DNA of 64,000 nucleotides. It comes from a virus. The position numbers were made by a program, and so were the translations under genes. The notes under the pieces were generated by a model. The model was not told where the DNA came from and did not search any database. It saw only the letters and a list, made by a program, of their open reading frames with translations. This document shows, piece by piece, positions 1 through 8,548 of this stretch (its first letter is position 1; the number at the start of each line of letters is the position of its first letter). Where the stretch lies: positions 1 through 64,000 of IMG/VR virus record IMGVR_UViG_3300029951_000013; one strand, written 5' to 3'.

Positions 1-104
1 CGCGCCGTCGGGATCTGAGGTCGAAGCCGTCGTCAAGGCAGCGCGAACGCTCGCCGACCAGCGACGCAAGGCGGAGATGACCACGCAGGGATCGAGGCTG
101 GCCG

Positions 105-2453
105 ATGACCAGCGCTGACGACTTCCTCGGCCTGGGCCAGCCGCACGATGCCACCGCGCCCGGTCCGTGGTTCCCCGCTCGCCACTCCGGCGAGTGCGGC
201 ACCTGCTTCATGGAGTTCGAGGAGGGCGACACAATCCGGGCCGACGGCGAGGGCGGCTGGGAGGCGCAGGACCACGGGCACGACGAGGAGATCCGACACA
301 CCGACGCACCGCGCGTCCAGGTGCTGGAGCCGGTCCCGACCGCGCCAGGAGAACAGAACGACCGCACACCCGACCACCGACCAGAGGACGAGACCGTGAA
401 CGAGGATGCGCAGAGCGAGCTGGACCAGGACGAGGAGCGGCTGGCCGTGGCGAAGTCGGACGGGAAGGTGCAGTGCTCGCTGTGCCCGCGCCGGTTCGTG
501 CCGACCAAGAGCGGCAAGGTGCGCAGTCACAAGGCGCTGGATGCTGTCACCGGCCGATCGCTGGAGGACGTCTGCGACGGCAGCGGCGAACCGCCGCGCG
601 AAGTGCTCGCAACCGCTGCCGCAGAGGGGGAGCCCAACGCCCTCGCACAGATGGAGGCGCGCATCGCCGCCGGCCCCCAGCCGGGCCCGAACCCGCACCG
701 CGCGCCGTTGCCGACCGCGCGGACGGAGGAGGGCTGGGGCGCGCCTGTCGCGCCGCTCCCGATCGCTGATCTGGAGACCGAGGTGGATCCGGACCTCGGC
801 GTGCCGCTCGCGGCTACTGCACCACCCAGCCTGTGGCCGGACTCCGCCCCCGGCGACGACACTCCGCCGTGGGACGAGGCGCAGCAGGTGGACCCCCGCG
901 ACCCCTGGTCCACCTGGAGGAACCGGGCTCAGGCGGTGAAGACCCACGCGGAGGCCGCAGTTCTCTACCGCGAGGCCGTCACTGCCGGAACCACGGAGGC
1001 GTTCCGCACGGAACTGGCCGCACTCATGAACGAGGCACTGGAGCGGCCGGGTCCGGCCGCCGTCGAGGCCGCGACCGGCACGCCGCTGCTCGGCTACGGC
1101 ACCGGCAAGGACCCGGAGGACGACGACCTGGTGGAGCAGCTGGGCCCGTGGATCCAGGCGCAGGAGGTGCGGACCCGCGCGGAGGCGGCGGCCCTGTACG
1201 CCGAGGCCAGGGCCAACGAGGCCTCGCCCGCACAGCTGGCCGCCCTGGCCGAGGTGATGGGCAGGGCACTGGAGCGTACGGTGCCCGCTCCCCGGGCTGC
1301 CACCGTGGAGGCCGCACCCGCCGCGCTGAAGGAGCAGTCCGTGTCCACTGTCGACACCGCCGCGCAGGACTTCCTGGCCACAGCTGCCGCCGAGCAGCCC
1401 GAGCCGGCCCGGGACCGGTGGGGCCGCTACCTGCTGCTGCACCCGTGCACCGGCCAGCCGCAGGCGTGGACCCGGGCCACGACGTTCGCCAAGAGCTGCG
1501 CCGACACGTACGCCCTGAGCCAGTGGGGCGCCCGGATGACGGTGGTCGGACTGACCAAGCGGGACGACCTGCTAGCCCTGGCCCACGGCAAGGACGTCTC
1601 CAAGGACAAGAAGGCCCTGGACAGGATCGTGGAGGACGCCAAGTCGGCGGCCGGCGACAAGGTGGCCGCCAACAAGGGCACCGCGCTCCACTCCTTCACC
1701 GAGCTGGTCGACACCGGCCGCGGCACCGTGGCGGACGTCCCCGAGGCGCAGCGCGCCGACGTCTCTGCCTACCGGGCGGCGATGGAGGACGCCGGGCTGG
1801 AGGTGGTCCTGGCCGAGCGCATCACGGCGGTCACCAATTTCGACGTGGCCGGGACCTTCGACCGGGTCCTGCGGCTGACCCGGGACCTGCCCGGGATCGG
1901 CCAGGCCGGGGACTACGTCATCGGCGACCTCAAGTCCGGCCGGGACCTGTCCTACGGCTGGGGCGAGATCGCCGTCCAGCTGGCGGTCTACGGCCACGGC
2001 GTCAACGAGGCCGGAGTTTGGGACGCCGTGGCTGGGCGCTGGGAGCGACTGCACCTGACGGTTCGTGAAGATGTCGGCATCGTCATGCACCTCCCGGTCG
2101 GAAAGGCCGAGTGCACGCTGTACCGGGTCGACCTGGCCGAGGGCTGGCGGGCCAGCCGGCTGTGCGCGGACGTCCGCGAGTGGCGCAAGGCGAAGGACCT
2201 GGCCGCGCCGATCAGTGTGGCGGAGGCTGCTCCGTCCATGGCCTCGGTGACCGCGATCGCTCCGGCCCAGTCGGTGGTGCGGCAGCCGTCCTGGGAGGAG
2301 CGCTTCAGCGCGGTGCAGTCGAAGCAGCAGGCCGCCGAGCTGTACGAATCCGCTCGGAGCGACCTAGAGGTTCGCCGGACGCCCGACCGGTTGAAGGGCC
2401 TGGTGGAGCTGGCCCGGCAGCAGCTGGAGAGGCTCAGCGAAAAGGCCGGATGA
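105..2453 (+). CDS. Phage exonuclease, PD-(D/E)XK (RecE/Cas4-like), with N-terminal Cys/His motifs and helical repeats
   Basis: C-terminal TFDRV...IGDLKSG...QLAVY nuclease motifs; RDRWGRY..TRATT block; CxxC motifs near the N-terminus; next to an SSB-like gene. Confidence 0.8.
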   Translation: MTSADDFLGLGQPHDATAPGPWFPARHSGECGTCFMEFEEGDTIRADGEGGWEAQDHGHDEEIRHTDAPRVQVLEPVPTAPGEQNDRTPDHRPEDETVNEDAQSELDQDEERLAVAKSDGKVQCSLCPRRFVPTKSGKVRSHKALDAVTGRSLEDVCDGSGEPPREVLATAAAEGEPNALAQMEARIAAGPQPGPNPHRAPLPTARTEEGWGAPVAPLPIADLETEVDPDLGVPLAATAPPSLWPDSAPGDDTPPWDEAQQVDPRDPWSTWRNRAQAVKTHAEAAVLYREAVTAGTTEAFRTELAALMNEALERPGPAAVEAATGTPLLGYGTGKDPEDDDLVEQLGPWIQAQEVRTRAEAAALYAEARANEASPAQLAALAEVMGRALERTVPAPRAATVEAAPAALKEQSVSTVDTAAQDFLATAAAEQPEPARDRWGRYLLLHPCTGQPQAWTRATTFAKSCADTYALSQWGARMTVVGLTKRDDLLALAHGKDVSKDKKALDRIVEDAKSAAGDKVAANKGTALHSFTELVDTGRGTVADVPEAQRADVSAYRAAMEDAGLEVVLAERITAVTNFDVAGTFDRVLRLTRDLPGIGQAGDYVIGDLKSGRDLSYGWGEIAVQLAVYGHGVNEAGVWDAVAGRWERLHLTVREDVGIVMHLPVGKAECTLYRVDLAEGWRASRLCADVREWRKAKDLAAPISVAEAAPSMASVTAIAPAQSVVRQPSWEERFSAVQSKQQAAELYESARSDLEVRRTPDRLKGLVELARQQLERLSEKAG

Positions 2454-2484
2454 GGTTTAATTAAATCGCTAAACAGGGTATGCT
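2454..2484 (+). promoter_or_regulatory. Putative promoter (TTTAAT-17-TATGCT) overlapping operator-like GGTTTAATTAAATC
   Basis: AT-rich island; TAnnnT -10 at 2479-2484; motif shared with 3447, 6327, 14190 and 17344. Confidence 0.55.
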
Positions 2485-2578
2485 CAGACCAGATTGAAGC
2501 GGTACCGGGGACCAGCTTTCAACGCCGCTGGTCTTAAACGAACCGGCTCAATAGGACGCCCGGTACCACTGCACGACA

Positions 2579-2646
2579 GGCCGCCGCTCACGGCAGCGGG
2601 CCCGGGGAATCGGGTGCGGGGGTTCAACTCCCCTGACGGCCACGCA
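2579..2646 (+). ncRNA. tRNA-like element (acceptor stem plus T-arm, no canonical anticodon arm)
   Basis: GGCCGCC/GACGGCC stem with one mismatch; GGGGG-TTCAACT-CCCCT T-arm; ends A-CGCA. Confidence 0.5.
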
Positions 2647-2829
2647 GCACCGCACTGCCAGACGTGCGCAGGTCGAACGCGAAGCGGACGGCACTCACCT
2701 CCAGCAGTGCGATGCTCGAACCGGCAGCTGACCGGCAGACGGCCCGCCACGACGAGGGGCGTCCGGTCGATCGGCTGCCGGAGCCCGCCAACCGACAACG
2801 GAGCACCCCAGCCACCGATCAAAGGACCA

Positions 2830-3405
2830 ATGACCATGACCGAGACGTACAGCCCCAGCGCCGCCGACGCGGTCGCCGCAGCGTTCCTCACGCGCGGCAA
2901 GACCGTCAGCGCGCAGTTCCCCCGGGTCGGCCACACGGTCGAGGGCACCATCACGGACTTCCGGATGAGCCTCCAGACCGACATGAAGACCGGCGACCAG
3001 ATGTACTGGGTCGGCAAGAGCCCCACCAAGGCGTCCGAGACCCCCGACAAGAAGGGCACCGGCCTGCGGCCGGTCGAGCAGCTCCTGATCGACATGCAGT
3101 GTGTGCCGACCGGAGTCAAGTGGGAGGGCCTGGAGTACGAGGAGGTCCACATCGAGGAGGACGACGGCATGCGCACTCTGTACGTGAAGGGTGCCGTCCA
3201 GGCCGCCGTCGCCAAGGCGATCAAGGACTCCGGCGGCGCTCTGGAACGCGGTGCCTACCTCAAGGTGACCCGGGGTCCGAACGGCAAGAACGAGCGCGGC
3301 GAGCGCAAGTTCTCCTACACCGCTGAGTACACCCCGGCGGCGAAGAACCCGAAGGCGGCCGAGCAGTTCCTGTCCGCCGCCGGCGACGACAACCCGTTCG
3401 CGTAG
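2830..3405 (+). CDS. Single-stranded DNA-binding protein (actinophage type)
   Basis: AAAGGA RBS before ATG 2830; beta-rich body; acidic/aromatic tail DDNPFA; follows the exonuclease. Confidence 0.65.
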   Translation: MTMTETYSPSAADAVAAAFLTRGKTVSAQFPRVGHTVEGTITDFRMSLQTDMKTGDQMYWVGKSPTKASETPDKKGTGLRPVEQLLIDMQCVPTGVKWEGLEYEEVHIEEDDGMRTLYVKGAVQAAVAKAIKDSGGALERGAYLKVTRGPNGKNERGERKFSYTAEYTPAAKNPKAAEQFLSAAGDDNPFA

Positions 3406-3446
3406 CGGCCGGCCCTGCGGCAGCGTCCTCCTTTTCAAGGAGTCAC

Positions 3447-3477
3447 TGTTTGCATAAATCGCCCCGACCCCTACCAT
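3447..3477 (+). promoter_or_regulatory. Putative promoter (TTTGCA-17-TACCAT) overlapping operator-like TGTTTGCATAAATC
   Basis: Shares TTTRNNTAAATCGC with the sites at 2456 and 6329. Confidence 0.5.
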
Positions 3478-3642
3478 GACAACAGGCGGGAGACCGCTGG
3501 AACCGTGGACGTGACCGACCGGACTCCATTGCCGGTGGGTCCGCAGAAGCCCCGTCACGGACTCCATCCCCCGGAGTCCCGTGGCGGGGCTGTCTTATGA
3601 TGATCAGGAAAGACCACCGACCAAGTTAGGGAGTTGAACGGC

Positions 3643-4101
3643 ATGGCGACTGTTGTATGGCCTACCGGGGACCAGGCCGGTGGGCGGGGTGACTGGATCT
3701 TTGTCGATCTCAGCGGTCGGCTCACCAAAGTGGCCGGCAGGTTCCTGGGGTTCGGCACCTCGTACAAGCCGGACCACATGTACCACAAGGGCCAGGAGTA
3801 CGCCGACAAGCGGCAGCGGTGCTCGCGCTGCCGCTGGATGGAGGTCAGGCTCTTCTCCGAGACCGGTTCCGGCCGCTACCTGCTGGTCACCCGGGGGGCC
3901 TCGGCGGTCCCCGGCGAGACCGAGCGGGTTACCTGCACTCTGGTGCACGGGCCGTTCCAGGCCGTGGAGGCGGCGACCACCCGGCGCGAGGAGCCCGGCG
4001 CCGAGCCGTTCCTGATCAAGCCCGCCGCCATGGCGCTCGCGCAGGCGGCGCAGTACGACGACGCTCTCAAAGAGGCCTATGTCAACCGCGCCGTAGCGTG
4101 A
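3643..4101 (+). CDS. Hypothetical protein with CxxC
   Basis: GGGAG RBS and upstream GACCACCGACCA motif; CSRC. Confidence 0.6.
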   Translation: MATVVWPTGDQAGGRGDWIFVDLSGRLTKVAGRFLGFGTSYKPDHMYHKGQEYADKRQRCSRCRWMEVRLFSETGSGRYLLVTRGASAVPGETERVTCTLVHGPFQAVEAATTRREEPGAEPFLIKPAAMALAQAAQYDDALKEAYVNRAVA

Positions 4102-4126
4102 GACCCAGCGGATACCGGAGCACACG

Positions 4127-4843
4127 ATGACGACCACAGACGAGAGGCGGTCCCACGGGAGGCCCCGCCCCGAGGAGACCATCCAGCGCGACCAGGCGAT
4201 CCTGGACCGGCTCCGGCAGGAGGGGCCGCAGACCACGGGCCAGCTCGCTGAAGCCCTGAGCGTCAGGGAGTCCCTGGTGGACGTGGCGCTGGGGCGGCTG
4301 CACAGCGCACGGGAGGCCCACCGGCGCCGGGAGATCCACGACGGCTCGTTCCAGACCTTCTGGCACGCGGGCTGGGACGAGGACGCCCAGCCGCGCAAGC
4401 GCCCGCGCCCGCAGAGGGTCGGCCGGGACCAGGTCGTCCTGGACCGCCTCCAGGAGCACGGACCGCGCCGGGTGGACCGGCTCGCCCGCGAGCTGTCCAT
4501 GGAGGAGTCCCTGGTGGAACTCAGCCTGAAGCGGCTCAAGGCCGCGGGAAGGGCCCACTGGGTGATGGACGCGGACGACGATCCTGTCTGGACCGCCGGC
4601 AGGGAGGTCAAGCCGCGCGGCCGGCCGCGGTCCCCGGAGACCATCCGGCGCGACCGGGACGTCCTGGGCCAACTGGTCCAGGGTGGGCCGCAGACCAGGA
4701 ACCAGATCGCCGAGGCCCTGCGCACCAAGCAGTCCCTGGTGTACCTCTCCCTGGGGCGCCTGCGCGGCGACGGCGCGATCCGCAAGTGCGCTGGTGAGGG
4801 TGCTTTCACCATCTGGTCCGCAGACGGGACGTGCGACGGATGA
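4127..4843 (+). CDS. Protein of three tandem winged-HTH-like units, candidate regulator
   Basis: Three repeats of RPR..E/Q...RD..IL..L...GP.....LA..L...ESLV.L.L.RL. Confidence 0.7.
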   Translation: MTTTDERRSHGRPRPEETIQRDQAILDRLRQEGPQTTGQLAEALSVRESLVDVALGRLHSAREAHRRREIHDGSFQTFWHAGWDEDAQPRKRPRPQRVGRDQVVLDRLQEHGPRRVDRLARELSMEESLVELSLKRLKAAGRAHWVMDADDDPVWTAGREVKPRGRPRSPETIRRDRDVLGQLVQGGPQTRNQIAEALRTKQSLVYLSLGRLRGDGAIRKCAGEGAFTIWSADGTCDG

Positions 4844-5127
4844 CCGCGCCGACGCAGGCCGACTGCACGGCCCTCCTCCAGAACGGCGGCCGGAGACTGC
4901 ACACCGGCCTCTGGGAGATCGGCAGCTACGCCTATACCGAGGCGGACGCGCTGGCGCTGGCCGAGCTGTGCCTCCGGCTGGGCCAGCCGCTGTCGGCGGC
5001 GATCACCGCACGGATGTTCCTCGCCGTCGTGCGCCGCCTCGACGCGGTGGAGGCGGCGCTGCCGTCGCAGGTCCCACCGGATCACTGGGGGCCGGCACCG
5101 GACCCGTCGTGTGATCGGAGCCACTGA
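4840..5127 (+). CDS. Hypothetical protein
   Basis: Start and stop overlap both neighbouring genes. Confidence 0.5.
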   Translation: MTAPTQADCTALLQNGGRRLHTGLWEIGSYAYTEADALALAELCLRLGQPLSAAITARMFLAVVRRLDAVEAALPSQVPPDHWGPAPDPSCDRSH

Positions 5128-5774
5128 TGGGCCAGCACCGGACCAACCGCACTCCCCCTCTGACCGTGAGCGTCGCGATACCCACGATCCCCGGGCGCGA
5201 GGCGCTGCTCCGCCGGGCGGTCGCCTCGGTCCACGCCCAGGAGCGCCAGGCCGACGCCATCCTGGTCGAGCGGGACGCCGGGCGCACCGGTGCCGCGCAG
5301 GCCCGGAACCGTCTGCTGGAGCGGTGCACCACCGATGTGGTCGCGTGGCTGGACGACGACGACCTCCTGCGGCCGAACCACCTCAAGGCCTGCCTGAGGG
5401 TCCTGACCAGCAGCCCTGGGACGGACCTCGTCTATCCGAGGCCCAGAATGTCCGGCGGCCAGGACCCCACCGCGACCACCTACCGCGGCCGGTTCCCGGT
5501 CGAGCCCTGGGGCATCCGCTGGCAGCCCGAGCTGGAGCGGCACCTGCGCACCCACGGCTCCTTCATCCCCATGACGCACCTGGTGCGCACCGACGCCGTC
5601 CGCAAGGCAGGCGGCTTCCCCGAGGGCCGCACCCTGCCGACCGGCCGCTACCAGGGAGAGGACGAGCGGTACCTGATCGCGCTGCTGGACACCGGTGCCC
5701 GGTTCGGACACCTGGATGCGGTGACATGGACCTGGACGGTCAACCCGGACAGCACCGCCGGGAGGCCCGCGTGA
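5127..5774 (+). CDS. Glycosyltransferase family 2 (GT-A)
   Basis: VSVAIPTI, ARNR, WLDDDD and EDE motifs. Confidence 0.85.
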   Translation: MGQHRTNRTPPLTVSVAIPTIPGREALLRRAVASVHAQERQADAILVERDAGRTGAAQARNRLLERCTTDVVAWLDDDDLLRPNHLKACLRVLTSSPGTDLVYPRPRMSGGQDPTATTYRGRFPVEPWGIRWQPELERHLRTHGSFIPMTHLVRTDAVRKAGGFPEGRTLPTGRYQGEDERYLIALLDTGARFGHLDAVTWTWTVNPDSTAGRPA

Positions 5775-6223
5775 ATGCCGCCGTCCGGTTCGCTGCCGCA
5801 TACGCCGCTCTCACCGCCTCGCACAAATTTGCGGATCACTGGATCCAGGTCGACGCGCAGGCCACCGCCAAGGGCGACCCCGGCACAGCAGGGCGTCTTG
5901 CGTGCGCGTCCCATATCGCCACGTACACCGTGACGCAGGGTCTCGCACTGCTGGCTGCCGACAGACTGCTCGGCCTACGTCTCAGCCCGGGACGTACTGC
6001 CGCCGCGCTGGCCGTCTCAGCCGGGACGCACTATGCGGCAGACCGTCAGGCGGGACACTGGCGGGACGAGGCACCACGCGGGGTTGCCCGCCTCGCCACA
6101 GCCACCGGGCACGCGAGCTGGCTCCAACGGGACCCGAATTCCCCCTACCTGCTCGACCAGGCATGGCACGAAGGATGGATCTTCATTGCCGCTCTGGTTG
6201 CAGCAGGACGCGGGACAGGCTGA
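5771..6223 (+). CDS. DUF3307-like membrane protein
   Basis: H..ADHWIQ...K, H...Y, THY..D and DQAWH motifs; GTG overlaps the upstream stop. Confidence 0.7.
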   Translation: MNAAVRFAAAYAALTASHKFADHWIQVDAQATAKGDPGTAGRLACASHIATYTVTQGLALLAADRLLGLRLSPGRTAAALAVSAGTHYAADRQAGHWRDEAPRGVARLATATGHASWLQRDPNSPYLLDQAWHEGWIFIAALVAAGRGTG

Positions 6224-6326
6224 GACGCTGGACTGAGACACCGTGGGACAGGGCCGGGACGCGCAACGCGTCCCGGCCTTCAATGCGTCCCGGGACTCGC
6301 TGGACACGGCGTCTCAGTTGGTCTAG

Positions 6327-6340
6327 GATTTAACTAAATC
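6327..6340. promoter_or_regulatory. Palindromic operator candidate GATTTA-AC-TAAATC, upstream of a TACGAT -10
   Basis: Perfect 6-2-6 inverted repeat in an AT-rich intergenic patch. Confidence 0.6.
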
Positions 6341-6372
6341 GCTTAGTTACGATCACGGACCAGGAGGACCCC

Positions 6373-7134
6373 ATGGTCAGAGCTGCAGCACGGCTGGAGA
6401 CGCCGAGGTATCGCGCCCTGAGCCGGTCCGTCCGGCAGCGTCTCGCGCCCTACCCCGGCGGACCTGAACGGTGGATCTGGGTTCCAGTGGACCTGGACGG
6501 GCAGTGGGAGCCGCTGGCCCGGGACAGGGCCGCCGCCCCGTCCCTCTGGGAGATCGTCAGGAAGGGTGTCAGCCGGGTCACGGTAGAGATCGACGCCTGC
6601 AACCGGTACCCGGCGGAGCAGTGGGAGGTCGGGGTGATCGGCATCCGTCATCGCACTGAGACCGAGGTCTACACCGGTGCCCGCAACTACGTGCAGAGCC
6701 TCCTACTGTTCCTGGACGTCTCGCTGACACTGGGACAGCGTCCCGGCGACAGCCTGTCGGAGACGCGTCCCAGCGTCCCGTCTTCGGCCGTCCCGTTTCA
6801 GCGCGACGCTGGGACGCGTCCCGGAACGAGGTCGATCGGAGACGTCCCACGTGGGACGCACCCGCCGGTCGTCTACGTGCTGCGCAACGGGACGCGCGTC
6901 AAGATCGGGACGACCACCCACCTGCGCAACAGAGTGCACCGTCTCGCGTTGCGTCTCGATGACGTGGTGTTCGCCATGGACGGCGGCCGGGAACTGGAGC
7001 AGGCGTTGCACCAGCGTTTCGCCGCACAGCGTGTCGGGGACACCGAGTGGTTCACCGAGACGGGCGCTCTGGCAGCCTTCATCGCAACGCACAGCGGTGA
7101 GACGCACCGCGGCGAGACAGGAGTGTCCCAGTGA
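6373..7134 (+). CDS. T5orf172/GIY-YIG-domain protein
   Basis: C-terminal VVYVL..G.RVKIGTT...R...LE..LH.RF...R...EWF; AGGAGG RBS. Confidence 0.8.
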   Translation: MVRAAARLETPRYRALSRSVRQRLAPYPGGPERWIWVPVDLDGQWEPLARDRAAAPSLWEIVRKGVSRVTVEIDACNRYPAEQWEVGVIGIRHRTETEVYTGARNYVQSLLLFLDVSLTLGQRPGDSLSETRPSVPSSAVPFQRDAGTRPGTRSIGDVPRGTHPPVVYVLRNGTRVKIGTTTHLRNRVHRLALRLDDVVFAMDGGRELEQALHQRFAAQRVGDTEWFTETGALAAFIATHSGETHRGETGVSQ

Positions 7135-8069
7135 TGTGGCGTCGCAAGAACCGTCCCAGCCAGTCGGCTACCGAAACGGAAGCGAAGTCCTACCGGAAGG
7201 ACCGGTTCGTTCGGTCCGCTTCCGAAACGGAGACCGGACTGGGCTGGGTCGATCTGCTGACCGACTGGGGCCGCCCGCTGGTTGCTGCCATCGTCCTGGT
7301 CATGTGCGCCCCCGGAGAGCATTTCCTGGCTCGGCTCGCGGGTTGGAACCAGTGGCTGGCCTGGGGCATGCCCGCTGTCCTGACTGCCTACGCGGGCATC
7401 GCCGCCGTCGTAGCAGCCAAACGGCCTCGGAAGACCGAAGGCAAGGCCACCGCCGTCGCCGGCGCGGTCGTTTCCGTCCTGCTGGCTATGGCTGCCCAGC
7501 CGGTGGCGCACCTGCTGATGCTGACCGGTCCTTGGGACACTCGGCACACCGTCACGCTGGTCGTCTCGTGCATTCCGTCCCTGGTGCTGGGACACCTGCT
7601 CCACCTCGCGGCGTCCCAGAAATCGAAGCGCGCCCCGTCCCAGCGTCGCACCGCAGTCGTCCCGTCCCAGAACGGCGTCGCAGCCGCAGCGTCTCCGGGA
7701 CGCGACGCCGTCTCAGCATCCGTGTCTCGCCGAGCTGTCTCTGAGACGCCTCGGGCCGATAAGCGTCTCAGCACTGAGACGCCGCTCGCGCAGATCGAAG
7801 GTGTCCCCGAGACGCCGAGTGTTGCGGAGACGCTGTCCCACTTTCCGGCTGGGACGGGGAGCGTCTCGGAGGACGACCTCCTCACCACGGCTGAGGCGGC
7901 GCAAGCTGCGTCCCAGGCGCGCGGTGAGACGGTCAAGCCGTCCACGGTCCGCACCTGGAAGAGCCGGGGTCACCTCACCCCGGCAGTCGATGAGGACATG
8001 ACGCTCTACCGTCGCGGCGACGTTCTGGCCTACGCGACACGCAACACCGTCCCGGTCACCGGCGACTGA
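7131..8069 (+). CDS. DUF2637/Spd-like membrane protein with C-terminal excisionase/MerR-type HTH
   Basis: Four hydrophobic segments, a low-complexity linker, then LLTTAEAA...VKPSTVRTWKSRGHL..LYRRGDV. Confidence 0.7.
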   Translation: MMWRRKNRPSQSATETEAKSYRKDRFVRSASETETGLGWVDLLTDWGRPLVAAIVLVMCAPGEHFLARLAGWNQWLAWGMPAVLTAYAGIAAVVAAKRPRKTEGKATAVAGAVVSVLLAMAAQPVAHLLMLTGPWDTRHTVTLVVSCIPSLVLGHLLHLAASQKSKRAPSQRRTAVVPSQNGVAAAASPGRDAVSASVSRRAVSETPRADKRLSTETPLAQIEGVPETPSVAETLSHFPAGTGSVSEDDLLTTAEAAQAASQARGETVKPSTVRTWKSRGHLTPAVDEDMTLYRRGDVLAYATRNTVPVTGD

Positions 8070-8107
8070 GACGCACTCGACCATCTGACCAGAGAGCAGG
8101 CCGACCA

Positions 8108-8539
8108 ATGACCACGCCGTCCATGACCAAGAACGCCGCTCCGCAACAGCAGGGCAACACCGGCTCCAGCCGTCTCAACGCGCTGATCCAGGCGCTGGAG
8201 ACGGTGCAGATCGAGAACCAGTACGACCTGCACGAGTTCTGCGAGGCGCTGCGGGGCCTGGGCCACAGGCTCGCGGTGGAGACCATGATGGGCTCCCACG
8301 AGCTGGAGGCCGGGCTCAAGGAGCAGGCCAAGGCGGACGCCACTCTCGGTATCCCGGGCTTCGACTCGCGCCGGGCCATCCGGGGCACGATCCGCCAGTT
8401 CAAGTCCTGTGCGGACCACTTCGCCTCGGCGGCCGGGTGCGCCGCCGCCGGCTGGACCTCCTTCGAGAAGAACTTCGACCAGGCCCTGTCCCGCAAGCCG
8501 AAGGCCGCCAAGCGCGGCGGCTTCAAGATCGAGGGGTGA
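8108..8539 (+). CDS. TraA-like plasmid transfer protein (putative)
   Basis: Small helical ORF directly upstream of traB, as in Streptomyces plasmids. Confidence 0.45.
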   Translation: MTTPSMTKNAAPQQQGNTGSSRLNALIQALETVQIENQYDLHEFCEALRGLGHRLAVETMMGSHELEAGLKEQAKADATLGIPGFDSRRAIRGTIRQFKSCADHFASAAGCAAAGWTSFEKNFDQALSRKPKAAKRGGFKIEG

Positions 8540-8548
8540 GGTGCGGAC

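Larger units (their letters stand above)
5907..8073. repeat. Dispersed cloud of the GRGACR / YGTCYC hexamer on both strands
   Basis: About 67 copies counted by eye in about 2.2 kb, versus roughly 7 expected at 70% GC. Confidence 0.85.

Noticed and set aside
105-2453. Cas4 or another CRISPR adaptation role for the nuclease
   Set aside because: The SSB neighbour and absence of cas1 or arrays fit a phage recombination exonuclease
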